The notes below the pieces were generated by a model, which was given only the letters and a program-made list of their open reading frames with translations, did not search any database and was not told the origin of the DNA. A stretch of DNA of 57,820 bases, filler included, from Sphacelaria rigidula (lineage: Eukaryota), in NCBI GenBank assembly GCA_964200075.2. It is 6 parts of 6 records of this genome, joined end to end, with 100 filler letters (N's around TTAATTAATTAA, not from the genome) between each part and the next. Parts side by side here need not be neighbours in the genome. Positions count along the whole stretch, not along the records: positions 19,309 to 28,862 come from CAXNAA020008239.1; positions 28,963 to 38,515 come from CAXNAA020008240.1; 4 more parts are not named here. One strand, written 5' to 3'. This document shows positions 25,201 through 37,816 of the stretch, one piece after another (within the stretch, counting starts at the first letter, position 1; the number at the start of each line of letters is the position of its first letter). The translations under genes and the position numbers were made by a program.

Positions 25201-28180
25201 GCACACGACCAACAACGTGCCCACCTTCGAGTTGAGAGATTTATTCAGGTGCTCGACCACCTTTTTCACGGCGTCGATGACCTCCCGGGCTTCGTTGTTC
25301 TTGCAGGATGCCCTGGAAGCATTCTTCCCAAAAGCTTGTCAAGGAAAACAGAGGTTCGATATTCAGTTATGGCGTTACTCACTGAAGACACGTGCACACT
25401 GGCATGATGTTCATATCATCAGTATATTGTATATTTTTTGTTCACCATAAAGACGTTTCATGACTGGGATGAATGATTTACGCTCACCGCATATTCCCAA
25501 AAATATGTCGCGAACACGACATGAATAACATTAGTGACACTGTTTCCACGATAGCTCCCCCCACCGCCCCCCGAAACCACCCAAAGGCGTTGCGAAGAAA
25601 ATGGTCCTACAGCGCCCAACAATTTGTTCCAGCCCGCATGAAACGTTGAGCGCTTCATATGAGCGGCATTGGGGGGGGGGGGGGCGAAATTTGCGGTGGG
25701 AGTTCTCGGCTTGCTGTGTTCTACTTCTTTCACCCCCGTTCATGTATACATTTCCCCCCTCCCAACTTTGCCACTTGTCACGTGGAACTTTCGTAGACGG
25801 TCTTGTGGCATAATTGGGACGTTGCACTTTGCTCATGTTGACCCACCGCTGCCACAACACAGACCGCTCGACGTTCATTATTTTCAGACATTCACCCACC
25901 CAAAGCGACATGATATCTTCAACGATTGGAACAAAGTGTTGTATCCCTCATCTCGACCAATGTGCAGTAAAGCATGTGTGAAAAACACCATTCCCATTTG
26001 GAGTCGAGGACCTTCAGGCACAGTCGTTTCACGTCCGATTTGGCGTCGGTGACGGTGCAGCAGAGGTCGGACTCGCTCATTCCATATTCGGCTAGCACCT
26101 CTCCTACCCTGAGACGGAGAACGTCCGATAACTTCATGCTATCGCTCAACTCGGGCGCGGGTCGAAAGAGCTTCACTACTAGAAGAGCCGTGCATATCGT
26201 GACGGTAGCCGTCATCCAGTGAACGCGCAAACCTGTAATGAGGAATTGTCGTCGGTAGAGCCGGTACATCGGTACAAATGTAAATGCATGCCAACATAGT
26301 GGAGACATATTCATGAGGGACTCTGCGCACGCCAAATACTCCATGTGTCCGCCGCCCAAACCCACGCGTAGACGGCACTGCTCACCAATGCGCGAGCCTC
26401 CACGCTTTCATGAGAGTTTCTATGAACGACTTTTTTGCGGACCACTACGCAAGTTTCGATCAACAACTTTTTTTTCATCTCTTTACTTTTCTTCACCCTT
26501 TGCCGGGTGTTCGACGGAACCTACGTCGTTTTTTTCAAAGAAGTCCCCATTCTGGGACGCCGGGAAACCGGGACTACCATTTTTTCTAAATTTTTTCGCA
26601 AACCGCTGCATGAGCCGAGGAAGGTCCCCACGATATTTCGTGGCAACACTTGACTGACTAATGGTTGAATTTACACGTTCATGTCAAGGAAGACCCAACA
26701 ACGCCGTGTTGGTACTTGAAGCAAGTAGTTTGCGGTTTCACCGCGGCACGGCAAAGTTCATGGCACTGATCGGCACAACCTCACGCCGGTTCAACCTTTT
26801 GGACCCACAAGTGTTCCATGGGTCATCACATAACTTTGAACGAGCGACATTTTCAAGTCTTGTCAGCATTTGACGGGGGCTTGACTGGAGTGACGTGCCC
26901 CCGGAAAAGCTTTGACCCCCGTACATGGTGTCGAAAGTGAAGGGGTAAAAATGTCTCGTTCATTCAAAATTGCGTGGTGGCCTAGACAACATGCTGAATT
27001 GGAGGATCGAACTCCTCAAGACGGCCTGAGGTTCCGCCGATGAGTGTTTTTGGGGTGATGAGCGTGAACCACCTCCTGACAGACAGCCTACTCCGGTACT
27101 GTCCGATGACGACCGGAAAATATACCCGGAAAATCAAAGACCAAAACGAAATGGCGTACACGTCGAGAACACTCCAAGGGGAGGTCGAGTAGAGTACACA
27201 TATTGAGGGTAGGGTTTTAGGGATCGCTTTCCAGTTATTGTATGAGTGCGACTCCCAACACTACCCTGATTTGTGTACCTCAAGTCCGTATTGCAAAATA
27301 CCCCGCAAATAAGTATACTCTACTGGGCCTGCCCTTGGAACACTTGCCACGCCTCCAATACGAAAGTAAACGCCAAAATGTGACCGTAGCGACGTGACAT
27401 GGACGCAACAGCTGACGCTCAACATATTTCTCACCTATGTATTTCTCGTTGGAGTTCTTGCTTGTCCACAAGTCGATGTTCGCGTGGACAATCGATTCCC
27501 CCGCTCCCCGCCGAGCCTCTGACAGGCGAAACGCGAATACTTTTATAGTCGCCGCGTAGAGCTCGGCGACCACCTTCTTCACCAGCCTCGGGTACAAGGA
27601 TTGCGGGAACGCTGGAATGCACACCGCGGCGAATAATGTCTTGACCTTCGCGTCGTCCCCCCAGGAGAAAGCGCACAGGTTCCAGATTGCAATGATTTTG
27701 ACGAACATAATGAGCATGGCTCGGGTGGGGTTCGATCGCAGGTTATCGTTCGCTGCGGTGATGGTGGCCTTGTGCTTTGCCGCCCTCTGCCTCGTTTTCT
27801 TACTTTTCATCGATACTACACCTGGCGCGCGGGGCAGGGCATCGGGGGGGGTGAGGGAAGGAGTGGCGGGGACGGCGGAGAGGGGTAGAAAATATAAGCA
27901 TCACAGAAATTGCATGATATGCAACCATCAACATAAAGTCACAAAACCTGGTGCTATCAGCAGTGACGATTGACCATTGTAAGTTGTGTGCACAGCGAGT
28001 CTCATCACGTGACACCGACACCTTGTGCGATAGCCCTCCCCCCAAACCAACCGAAAACTGAAAACTGTCACGAAAACAAATGGTCATGCAGTACCCGATA
28101 TCTGATTCCAGGCTGCATGAAGCGCCTCGCGTGGGTGACATTGGCGAAAACGAACAAAGCGTGGGAATTCCCACCTACTG
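22202..28180 (-). pseudogene. Intron-containing hAT-superfamily transposase, partly decayed
   Basis: Exons 27821-27435 (IDLWTS, first catalytic D), 26232-25952 (VTDAKSDV second D; CFSH = CxxH), 25335-25225, and 23872-22202 (PQRWIS = TRWNS motif; YW..LYPLMARATRALLSIPASAAVLERDFS..RNRL = hAT dimerisation domain with catalytic E). Phases are compatible. A degenerate Cys/His region at ~27950-28180 may be a BED-finger remnant. One intron has non-canonical ends. Confidence 0.88.
24762..25050. mobile_element. 289-bp foldback element (about 135-bp arms, short loop) inside a transposase intron
   Basis: cacgagtggccactggggtctgtaacct... pairs with ...aggttacagaccccagtggccacccgtg along nearly the whole length. 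CACG..CGTG termini are flanked by AA on both sides. Confidence 0.88.
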
Positions 28181-30487
28181 GCGTTGCTCGGCTTTTCTCA
28201 CTTCTATTTACGAGCAGATTCTGTCTTCCGAAACCAGGCACAGTGAGGGGGAGGGGGAGGGGTATCGTACGCGGTGTCACATATGACTGTCATCCACCGG
28301 TGTCCTGCATGTGCCCCGTTGTACTCGACGGTAGTGGCGAGGGTAGACGCTGCAACCAAGCCGACCTATGTTGACCAGCATATAAAAAACGTGAAGATGC
28401 TGGTACACTCAAATCTGACCGCGCCACCAGTGCATGACTCGATCTGGAATACTTGATTTTTATTCCGCCCATAGGCACCCAACTCGTTTTTCTTGCTAGG
28501 AGTCGAGAAAAGCCCGGCTAAACTCACCGTGGACGTCGAACAAATGCCGGGTTGCGTTGCTCGTGTTGTTGGCGGTGATGCCCCCTGATGGTGGAGTCCC
28601 GGTGGAGTGGAGGCGGCACTCTTCATTGACCATGCGATATCACACATTTTTCTTTATGTCCGGGTTGTCGGCGTCGTCCTGGACGAGAAGACCTGTGTCA
28701 TAAATAATTGACCGACTCTGACTTTTCTTGGGCACGGGTGCCTTCCTGACTCCGTCAGGAGCGTCGGTTTCGCGAATCGCGCTCCATTGCTTCCTAATCG
28801 CATGGAGTGGGCAAGGCGTCGGCCGTGGGGGTCAAGAGAGTCATCCTACGATAGGGGGGGGGNNNNNNNNNNNNNNNNNNNNNNNNNNNNNNNNNNNNNN
28901 NNNNNNTTAATTAATTAANNNNNNNNNNNNNNNNNNNNNNNNNNNNNNNNNNNNNNNNNNNNACCCCTTGGACCAGCGATAAACTTTTTTCTCTCTTTTC
29001 CGCAATCAGGTCGAAGAAATCGTGAATTTGGTCATTTTGAGTCGTGATGATGTGTCCCAACCGTGCAATATTACCTACAATTTCGACCTCAGCCCCTTCC
29101 CATAAGAAAATCCCGCTGTCAATTTTTCAGGATCCCGTGGCAAATACCACCAACACCTGTTCCGTCACGACACATCACGTACCAACGAGGGCTGGCTGCC
29201 AAGTGTCGCAACCAAATATATATATATCACGCCACTCAAATAAAAACAAACAAACAAAGAACATGCTTCAACCTACCTGGTCGTGCAGAGAGCAAAGCGC
29301 GAATGGGGACCCCAGGGAGTCAGCCCCCCCATCTTCCCCAACGCAAAAAGCCACCTCAGAAATGGAAACCTCATCACCGCTCCCCGCGGCCGACGGTACG
29401 AGCACCATCCGCCCCGGTTTATGAGAGTCGCTTCCCAGAGCTTTGATCCATGTCTTCGCGGAGGAAGGCTGTGCGCCGAACCACTCCTCGAAGCTGCCCT
29501 GAGGTTCATGAGGACGGCGTAACAATAAACACGTCAAAAGGTCAGTCGTGGAAGAATACACGAGGGTAGTGATACGGAGGGTGCGAGGGGGAGGCACTCA
29601 TGATTCTGCACGCCATGGTCCTCAGATCATTGCCGAACGGAGGAGAAGTGGTGTATTCATCTTTTGGTTGACGATCACATGAGGATTTGGCCACGCATCC
29701 CTTCCGACACGAAGAACCGTTCCCACTCCTGACAGAGAAACCTCCAACATTTAAGCGCTCAATACGTTTTCTTCCATACATCTTGCAGAAGATCCTTTGG
29801 CAAATCTTACCCTTTCCTGTGTCGCCGTCTGTGGCTTGACGGAGGGAGAGGGGTGTACTCATGATACTGCATGCCGTAGTCATGAGACCATTGACTTCGC
29901 ATCCCTACAAAGCCGGGGCGGGGCACGCCGAGTTTTCGCCGGACCAGGCTCGCACTCAATCACCGAGCATGGAGCGCCGTGACGTGTTCGGCGAGTCGCA
30001 TGAAGGGCGCGCTGCATCCTGCTAAGATTGTTCGGCCCGAAGCGTACTGATTATCTTGCATTTGGATGACAGCCTACAATGAGAGTTGCTTCATTTTGTG
30101 CCATCGCTACTTCCAGAGACCGCCACGTCTTATACACTGCCTCATTGGCGTCTCACCATTTCAACACTACGTAGTATGATTATCCCCTTTGCGCCGCGTT
30201 GAGGTTCTCCCACCCCGCGCAAAACGACCTCACTCGACCACAAACAGACGCAAGCGAGCAACATAAACGGTAACCTGGTTGCCTAGCTTATGCACCGAGT
30301 GGCGTGTTTTACAGCTTCATTGCCAACCGACGCCAACCCTCAAATGACGGAGGGGGGAGGGCGTGATATATTTTTACATATCTATGTGTATATACATGCC
30401 ACTGCGTCCCGGTGGTCTAAATTAAAATGATTCAAATGAAATACGAGCTGGTTCAGATTGTACGCCCAAAAAATCATTCCCCGGGAA

Positions 30488-30762
30488 TTCCTCACGCCGG
30501 TTTTTCGAGTTAGACCACGAAAATTTGCACACATGTTCTTGAGGGCACTATCTAAAACTCGAAGACCGTTTTTTTTTTGTTGGTGTCGAGATAGTCGGGA
30601 TTTGACCCCTCTCCCGATCAAGTAGGTCAACCGCGACCTTGGATAAAAAGTCACCAACAAAAAAAAATTAAGAAAAAAAAACGGTCTTCGAGTTTTAGAT
30701 AGTGCCCTCAAGAACATGTGTGCAAATTTTCGTGGTCTAACTCGAAAAAGCGGCGTGAGGAA
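30488..30762. repeat. Near-perfect inverted repeat (about 90-bp arms), part of a MITE-like element; diverged relative at ~50865-51140
   Basis: ttcctcacgccggtttttcgagttagaccacgaaaatttgcacacatgttcttgagggcactatctaaaactcgaagaccgttttt and its reverse complement at 30674-30762. Confidence 0.9.
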
Positions 30763-30994
30763 ATCGCGAAACGTGCGCTGAAGTATGAAAAAGTCTGCGT
30801 GTCCCCCTAATTACTTGATTCAAGTACAGAATCGCCTTTTGGGGGGTTGTCTCCACGGTAAACGACCCAGCCAATTCAGTTTTTCGAGTTGAGCAACGAA
30901 AATCGGTACAAATGTTCCGTGGGATACCACCTAACCCTAAGATGTCAAAATTTTGGTGTTGGGGCATTTTGTACCGGTTTCCTGGGGTCTTCAT

Positions 30995-31255
30995 GCTGGG
31001 ACCCCCGGAAGCCGGTAGAGAACGGAGAAACTTTGAAATCTTGCCAGTAATATAATTTGTCCATGTGGAGCATCAATACCTACGCAACCGCCAAGTTTGA
31101 GGATGATCTGAGCTTTTCTCCAACAGATAGGAGAGAAATCGCGACGAGGCTCCGTGGGTCTTTCGTACGTATCTTGAGTGGAAATTAGACGACACCAAAA
31201 GCTCCGTATCACCGAAACATTAAGGTTTTGGGCAAAATTCGACCCCGTTGGAACC
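30995..31255. repeat. Interspersed repeat; reverse-complement copy at ~50393-50645
   Basis: Colinear blocks (gccaagtttgagg, gtggaaattagacgac, atcaccgaa) match the reverse complement of contig 6 sequence. Confidence 0.75.
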
Positions 31256-31539
31256 GTTTTCCAATCCGTTTCTCCCGTTAGATTCCCAAGCTGATGACGG
31301 TTACTACGATTTGAACCATGTGGAGATTCGGTGGAAATTAGGCTTGGAATTCGTGTTTTCAATTTCGGACCAATTTGAAAGGCGCTGATTGGTCGAGACA
31401 CATTTTTGTCCATAGCGCCACCGCTATAGCCTTAAACAAAAATCCGGCTGTCACCCTTTCCGTCTGTTCATTGCGGTCAGTATGATACCACATTTGTGTA
31501 TATTGGCTGGGTATTGCGTTCGTCATTAGCCGGGGAATA

Positions 31540-31830
31540 AATTTGGGTATTCAATCTGAATCAGCCTGTAACTAAAACGGGAAAACGCGGGTTCGATCCC
31601 GACAAATGCAATTGGGGTTGTTCCTTGTTCCTGATAAAAGCGTCTGATTTTCGTCGTAAAAGATATGAGGATGTGAGAAAAAGGATAGAAATATCATTTG
31701 ACGAGAGTCGACCCAGTGCGGGACTGTCATCATCCAATCCGCGGTACCAAAAGATGCAAGGTGTGTACGAGTACCGTGTTGTACCGGGGTAGAGATGGAT
31801 TGATTGATCCCTTGAACCCACAGTACTGTG
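31540..31830 (+). mobile_element. tRNA-derived SINE (diverged)
   Basis: B-box gggttcgatccc at 31590. The body gacgagagtcgacc...atccaatccgcggtaccaaaa is shared with the 3443 copy. Confidence 0.55.
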
Positions 31831-32309
31831 ATGGTCAGATGTACGGCACTGCATTATACCCTTCGGTACGGCTGTACTACGCTCCTGTCCAGGGATGATT
31901 GACTGCTTGTGTGCTCTTCGGCTTCACCGTCATACCACACCTCTGCAGGAAAATGGAAGTTTCGGTAAACAAAAATTTTGACCGCGGAACTCAGGGATAA
32001 TTTGCACATTCTTACAAAACATCAAGCACACGACAATCAGTCCTTCATATTTCGGCCCTACTTTTGTTTTTCGAGACTGTCTTATCACACCGTCCGTGTA
32101 CAGAACGATTCACACGTCGGACAACTCAACTCAGGTTACCACGAGTTAACTCTTTTTGACATAACTCACCACTGAGTTATAGCAGCATCACTCAGTGGTG
32201 CCCATTTCGGCCGGGTGACATGTACTACATCACTCAGCGCTGCAAAATCTGGCCAGGTGAGTTATAAACGACTTGTCTTAGAGGAAGAGGAGGGGTTTAA
32301 CCCTTGCCC

Positions 32310-33005
32310 GACAGGTCTCTGGGTCGGTACCCGGCAGTTCTGTGATATCTGTACGAAATGTTTACCCTTACCCAGCGCACGGGTATACTCTAGTAGGTAT
32401 ACCCGGTTGCGGGTAAGGGTTTCCGTACAACCTTTACACCGTACCCGAGAGGTTCTGCAAGTTCTGTGATAATCCCGTACTGTTACCCGACAGTTCCGTA
32501 AGTTCCCTAAAATTGTCATACCAGTACCCGACAGCTCTGTAACTTCTGTGATAATTCTCATACCCTACCGAACATACCCGTACCCTACAGAACACTACCC
32601 TGTATATTGCCACATGTGTCGACCTAGCTCGGCCACATTTGATTCAAAACACAAGCTGAACCACCCTTAAAAGAGCGGACCAGGGTGGACGAAGTAAGTC
32701 ATCGTACAGTAGATCCTGTGCGAGAAATACCCGACGTGAAAATGTGCAAGTTTGGGCCCTACCGGGTACGGGTATGGTCTACAGGGTATGAGAATTCTCA
32801 CAGACCTTGCAGGATTGTCGGGTACGGGTATGAAAGTTGTACAGAAACTCTTGCTTACAATCGAGTACTTCTACGACGGTATACCCGCACCCCGGGTAAG
32901 GGCAAATATTCCGTACAGATCTTGCACACCTGTCGGATACGGGTAATATCCGGGTGAATACCCCAAGCATACGAAAATCGTACCCTACAGAATACACAGC
33001 CTTGA
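32310..33005. mobile_element. Two TACCCG-rich non-autonomous hAT-like segments, internally inverted relative to each other
   Basis: Dense tacccg/cgggta motifs. 32325-32590 is broadly reverse-complementary to 32760-32945, and both segments end in taccctacagaa(c/t)ac..cc(c/t)tg. Confidence 0.6.
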
Positions 33006-33723
33006 CTGTTGTGTGATAATGTGAAGATGAACCCAACTATTTCTCTTCACGTTTCTCCAACCCAAAAGCTAACTCCATTAGTCGGCTTGCAAATTTTGCA
33101 GTAGTCATACAGCACAGTGGTGGTATAAGGGATGCTATTTACGGGTGTGCTTCCTCTTCCGAGATCTCCACATTCTTCAGGGGGGGGGGGAAGTTCGAAA
33201 AATTTGAGAGCGGAAATCTTCATACGGCCATGCACTACATCAACTTCAAGACAGACAAAATATTTTTTTCGAAAATTCTGGTGTTGGATTTTTTCTCAGC
33301 GATTCCTTCTTCGGAGAGATCATGAAATGAAAGATCTATTTTTTCGGAAAAAAAAATGAGAAAAAAATTGAGCCAAAAAAAGTTATGTCTCATAAATAAA
33401 ATAAGACCACAAGTAAGATCGTTTGTTACGTTTCTGTCTTTTTTCTTCAGTGCGATTTTTTCAAGGCCCACTTCGGTGTGCCTTTTTTTAGGTTGGTAAA
33501 GTTTACCACGGTATCCACCCACCTCGGTAATGCCCTATGAGTTCTGGATGGTATCTGACCACCCTGGTGCTCACTAGTACAGGACCCAGTCGCCCCTTGA
33601 TAATGCGTGATCATTTTTGGATGAGGATTGACCACCCTGCCTGGTACTCATTGATACGGAAACGAGCCGCCACGATATGGTGCACGATACTTCTGTTTTT
33701 TAGTGTACTGTATTTATTTCTTC

Positions 33724-34097
33724 AGCGTGTAGCTCAGACGGTAACCTCGAAACCTTCTGACGGTTGGGTCGAGGGTTCAAATCTCGGAGCGATCTGGGAT
33801 TTTTTCTCACACCATGCTCAACAGTGGAGAGCGACTACTGTATGTCGTGGGTACACAAAATTCAACTCAACGGTCGACGAGGATAAGGGACTGCTGAACC
33901 CCTCTCGCGATAAAAAATAAAAAGCCAAGCACCGCAGAAGGAATAAGGTGAAGGACGGAAACAAACAAAAAGGGAAAAAAAATCCTGTGTTGCCCTTCCT
34001 CCTATCCTGTGTGACCCCGGCTGGTGCGCCCACATATGCCGAAAGGTGTAGACCGGCATCCAGAATAGATGGGACGACATCACACACAACACACAGC
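33724..34097 (+). mobile_element. Apparently full-length tRNA-derived SINE
   Basis: A-box TAGCTCAGACGG (33730), B-box GGTTCAAATC (33774), core catgctcaacagtggagagcgactac, and a CA-rich tail. The head is shared with 46090-46215 (-) and the tail with 42180-42392 (-). Confidence 0.78.
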
Positions 34098-34454
34098 ATG
34101 TTGCAAACCCATAGCTGAAAGGTATGCCTATTTTAGACCGCATCAGAACAAGACGAAATCGTAGGTGAACCCGTTTGTTTGCAAGACTCAAATGCAAGCT
34201 CAGCCTACTGAACGCAGTGGGCAGACTACAGAGAGCTAGGGCACAACACGACTGTCAGCATGTGCTGCTGCATGCAGCATCACCACCATCATTGTCGGAA
34301 GGACTCGCTGAGGCAAACGATACTACAGTAGTGTGCGGTCGAACTATTCATTTTGAAGCATTATGTGATTTCTTAGTAATTGGCGATTTTCTTGGGCTTT
34401 TTTCGCTTGCCACCGCTTGTCACATTGGGGATCTGAAGATACTTGTATCCACTT

Positions 34455-34830
34455 CACATTCAAAGAAAAAAAAAAACATGTGCACTCAATAGTGAGTGAC
34501 TTCCGGGCTGACAGGTCATGGGAGGTCCTGCGACGTTTTAGCCCAGATTTTTACTCTTACTCTTCGGTATGTTCGGTCGATCGAGCCTGTCCCGATCATA
34601 TTTCTAAGAAAATGTACCGTCATATATTTTTTTAATTCTGCCTACTCATTACAACAGAGCCGAAAAACTGTGTTTCACGGTCAATAACACCCTCCTCATG
34701 AACGGGGTATTTACTCGTTTCGCCACTAACACTGACTTGGGCACTATGTTTTGAGGATGATCTGTTTATTGTACCAAAATCTACCGACGCTAGAAATTTC
34801 GAGTTCTATCGAAGAGTAGTACGCGAGGAA
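34455..34830 (+). repeat. Interspersed repeat; second copy at ~53290-53660
   Basis: Shared blocks gtgactt(c/a)cgggctgac, gagccgaaaaactgtgtttcacggtca and ccaaaatctaccg. Confidence 0.8.
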
Positions 34831-35299
34831 AACCCCAAAACACCGCTGAATAGTTAGACCGCCCACTACTGTACTTCACAGCTGATTTTTTTCTTCACAT
34901 CTTAGTTTACTATGTCGTTCTGTTCGAATTTGCATGTTCCTCCTTTATCTTCAGCAAGTTTTTCGGGGTTTTTTTTTTAGGGGGGAGTACGTCTAGTATG
35001 TGACCACGGCTGGATCCCTGGGGGGTCAGTTAAAGTGCGATAGTCAATCGATCAAGCACAAAAAACCAAGCCTCCACTACCTGGGCCATCACCACCAGCT
35101 CCGTCGTCGCTCATGATTTCTCACCTTCGGTCGTGTGTGCTTTACGTAGTGTGGTGTGTCTTTTCGTACTTCAGCGCTAGCGTGTCCACAGGCTAAACAA
35201 CTGTAGTGTCCTCCTTGAAAAAAAGAAAGTTGCAAGAAAAAAAAACTTTATCCAACAAGATAAAACAGCAAAAGGAAAAATCTGCAATGGTACAGCGGG

Positions 35300-37675
35300 G
35301 ATTCAACCCTCTCACCTATTCAACAGCAAGTTGTACACATTCACCACCACTGTCCTACTTAGGAAACGTGATACTGACTGAAGTTGGGACTTCATCTTGG
35401 GTTACCGTACAGTAATTGGGAGCGACATATTTGTGCGGTATTTATTCGTTCGAGTGGTGATGAGAAACCACAGGAATGCCAGTACTTGCGCGGTAATTGT
35501 TCAGACGGGAGTGGGGAAAATATTATTCACTCGGTAACGATCTGGATGGTAATATAATAGTGATTCCGATTTGTCATGGCGACGTCCTATTTACCAGGAC
35601 TAAGGCCAAATCTAATATGGGAGCCGTTCAAATATCCTGTTGAAAACTGCCTCTTGGGCCCTTCTCCGTCGCTTCACGCCCGAAGAGAGAGCTAGGCGGA
35701 TGTTGGCGCCTTGGAATGACTTGCTCTGCTCGTTTAGACCGTTTCAGGGCAACTTTGCGTTTCCCGGTCGGTGGCCGCCGTTCTATTTTTGACCACGACT
35801 TGCATCTTTAGTATCGAACAGTCAGGTGATCAAAATTCTGGTAGTTTTGCTAGGTTGGGACGAATCATCGCCAGTTCGTCTCACCAAATCTACGAATTCT
35901 GAGGCCTGACTGATCGAAAGAGAGAATAAATCTGATCGTGGGATAAAAACATTCCCGATGCAATCAATCATCGTGCTGTTCCACGTGCCTGGGGCGCGCA
36001 TACCTTGGGTGCAACGCTAAAAACAAAGCCCAAGGATCGATTCGTACGGTGCGAATTCATCACACCCTGGACAATGGATTATGTTGTAAAAAAATGTACT
36101 GCATACAGTATGGAAACCATCGCCTGTTGCAACATGCGCAATAGTCGATACTGTACGCGGTACACTTTTCGACCGCGTATTCTTTTGTCCAGGGTATGGA
36201 ATCAATCACAATAAAACCGAGTAATTTCAAGATGAATAACTATGCGTCCGACCCCTTGCGAACCTGCTTTCCCCCTGTTCTTTCATCACCTGACCGTTCG
36301 TTACCGAAAATGCATGTTTGGCCAAAAATAAAATTGCCGCCAGCGGGAAACGCAAAATAACTCCGGAACGGCCTCAACGAGCAGAGCAAGTCATTCCAAG
36401 GCGTCAACATCCACCTATAAGGCCGTGTCTTATCAATTTTTTTTTCGACTCGAAAAAATGCGGTCGAATCGAATTGGTCGGTACGAGGCCGTATCAGGTA
36501 CGTCCACGGCATTTATATTCTCAGATGGCTTCAAGTCCATTTTATAATTAGTTGCGCGCGACGGGCAGGATCAAAAACAGAAAAGCTTACAAGTAAGCTT
36601 TTTCGAGCGAAACGAGCGGTGGAATGAACGAAGGGGCACGTAACTCTCATGTTGCAGACAACCGTGCCAGATACCACCGTTTCACAGAACAACGCAAACC
36701 CAAATGGTTCATTCGTAGCTATCTGATCAACCCTGCGGCATGGATCACGAACTGAGCACGGGGATATATGCGCTGCCGTGACAGGAAACCGACACCACGA
36801 CTCTTTTGGCATGATGTGTTTCTTCTTGTTGGCGAAAACTTGGGCACCTAATATTGCGGCAGGGTCCCCGACGGAGTTGTGTGTTGGGGTGGGCGATCAA
36901 ATTGCCAACGCGCTCATGGGCAGTAGAGGCGGTGCAAAACTGCATGTGGTTCACATCTGCTTCGCATCCTCCTGTTTGCAGAGAGTCAGAAAGCTGCGCT
37001 GTCTGCATGTCGCGTCGCCCGCTTCTTTCCCACATTGCGCGTGCATGCTGCGCGAAACACACACACACACACACCATCTAGACAGTACACGCAGCCATGG
37101 TTGTACAGTCTGTACTGCACTGCATTGAATATAAGTAAAGAAGTTCCGCTTCACGAATTTCGCTTAGCCTTTTCGATTCAAGCATGCAAATTCGCTCGGA
37201 CCCAACACAGCAAAACAAACTGAAATCAGTTCCGCCGCACGAACTCATTCGAGTCGGAGAACATTCGATAAGACACGAGCTAACAGCTCTCTTTCCGAAC
37301 GTGAAGCGACGGAGAGGGGCCCAAAAGGCAGTTTTCAACAGGATATTTGGACGGCTCCTATATTAGACTTGGTCTTAGTCCTGGTAAATGGGACGTCGCC
37401 ATAACGAATCGGAATTGCTACAATATTACCATCCAGATCGTTACCGAGCGAATCATATTTTCCTCAGTCCCGTCTGAACAATTACCGCGCAAGTACGGCA
37501 TCCCTGTGGTTTCTCATCACCACTCGAACGAATAAATGCCGCACATATATGTCGCTCTCAATTACTGTACGGTAACCCAAGATGAAGTCCTAACTTCAGT
37601 CAGTATCACGGTTCCAAAGTAGGACAGTGGTGAATGTGTACGACCTTGCTGTTGAACAGGTCGGGAAGTTGAATC
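35300..37675. repeat. Long inverted repeat pair, arms ~35300-35693 and ~37285-37675
   Basis: About 390-bp arms align as reverse complements (e.g. catcttgggttaccgtacagtaattg / caattactgtacggtaacccaagatg). A partial third copy lies at 37676-37740. Confidence 0.9.
35695..36415. mobile_element. 721-bp non-autonomous DNA transposon with about 140-bp TIRs and TA target duplication
   Basis: ta|ggcggatgttggcgccttggaatgacttgctctgctcgtt ... aacgagcagagcaagtcattccaaggcgtcaacatccacc|ta. Confidence 0.8.
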
Positions 37676-37816
37676 GGCGGAGAAGGACCCAAGAGGCAGT
37701 TTTCAACAGGGGTTTTGAACGGCTGCCATTAGAGTTGGCCTGATTACCGCGGTAAAACCACGGTAGAAATCCCACGTGGAGAAAGTGCCCAAGTGATATC
37801 TGGATTTTTCAGGTTT

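Noticed and set aside
33724-33790. tRNA genes at 33724, 46140-46215, 3443 and 37615
   Set aside because: A and B boxes are present, but no complete cloverleaf or acceptor stem is evident and each continues into a shared repeat body, so they are treated as SINE heads.
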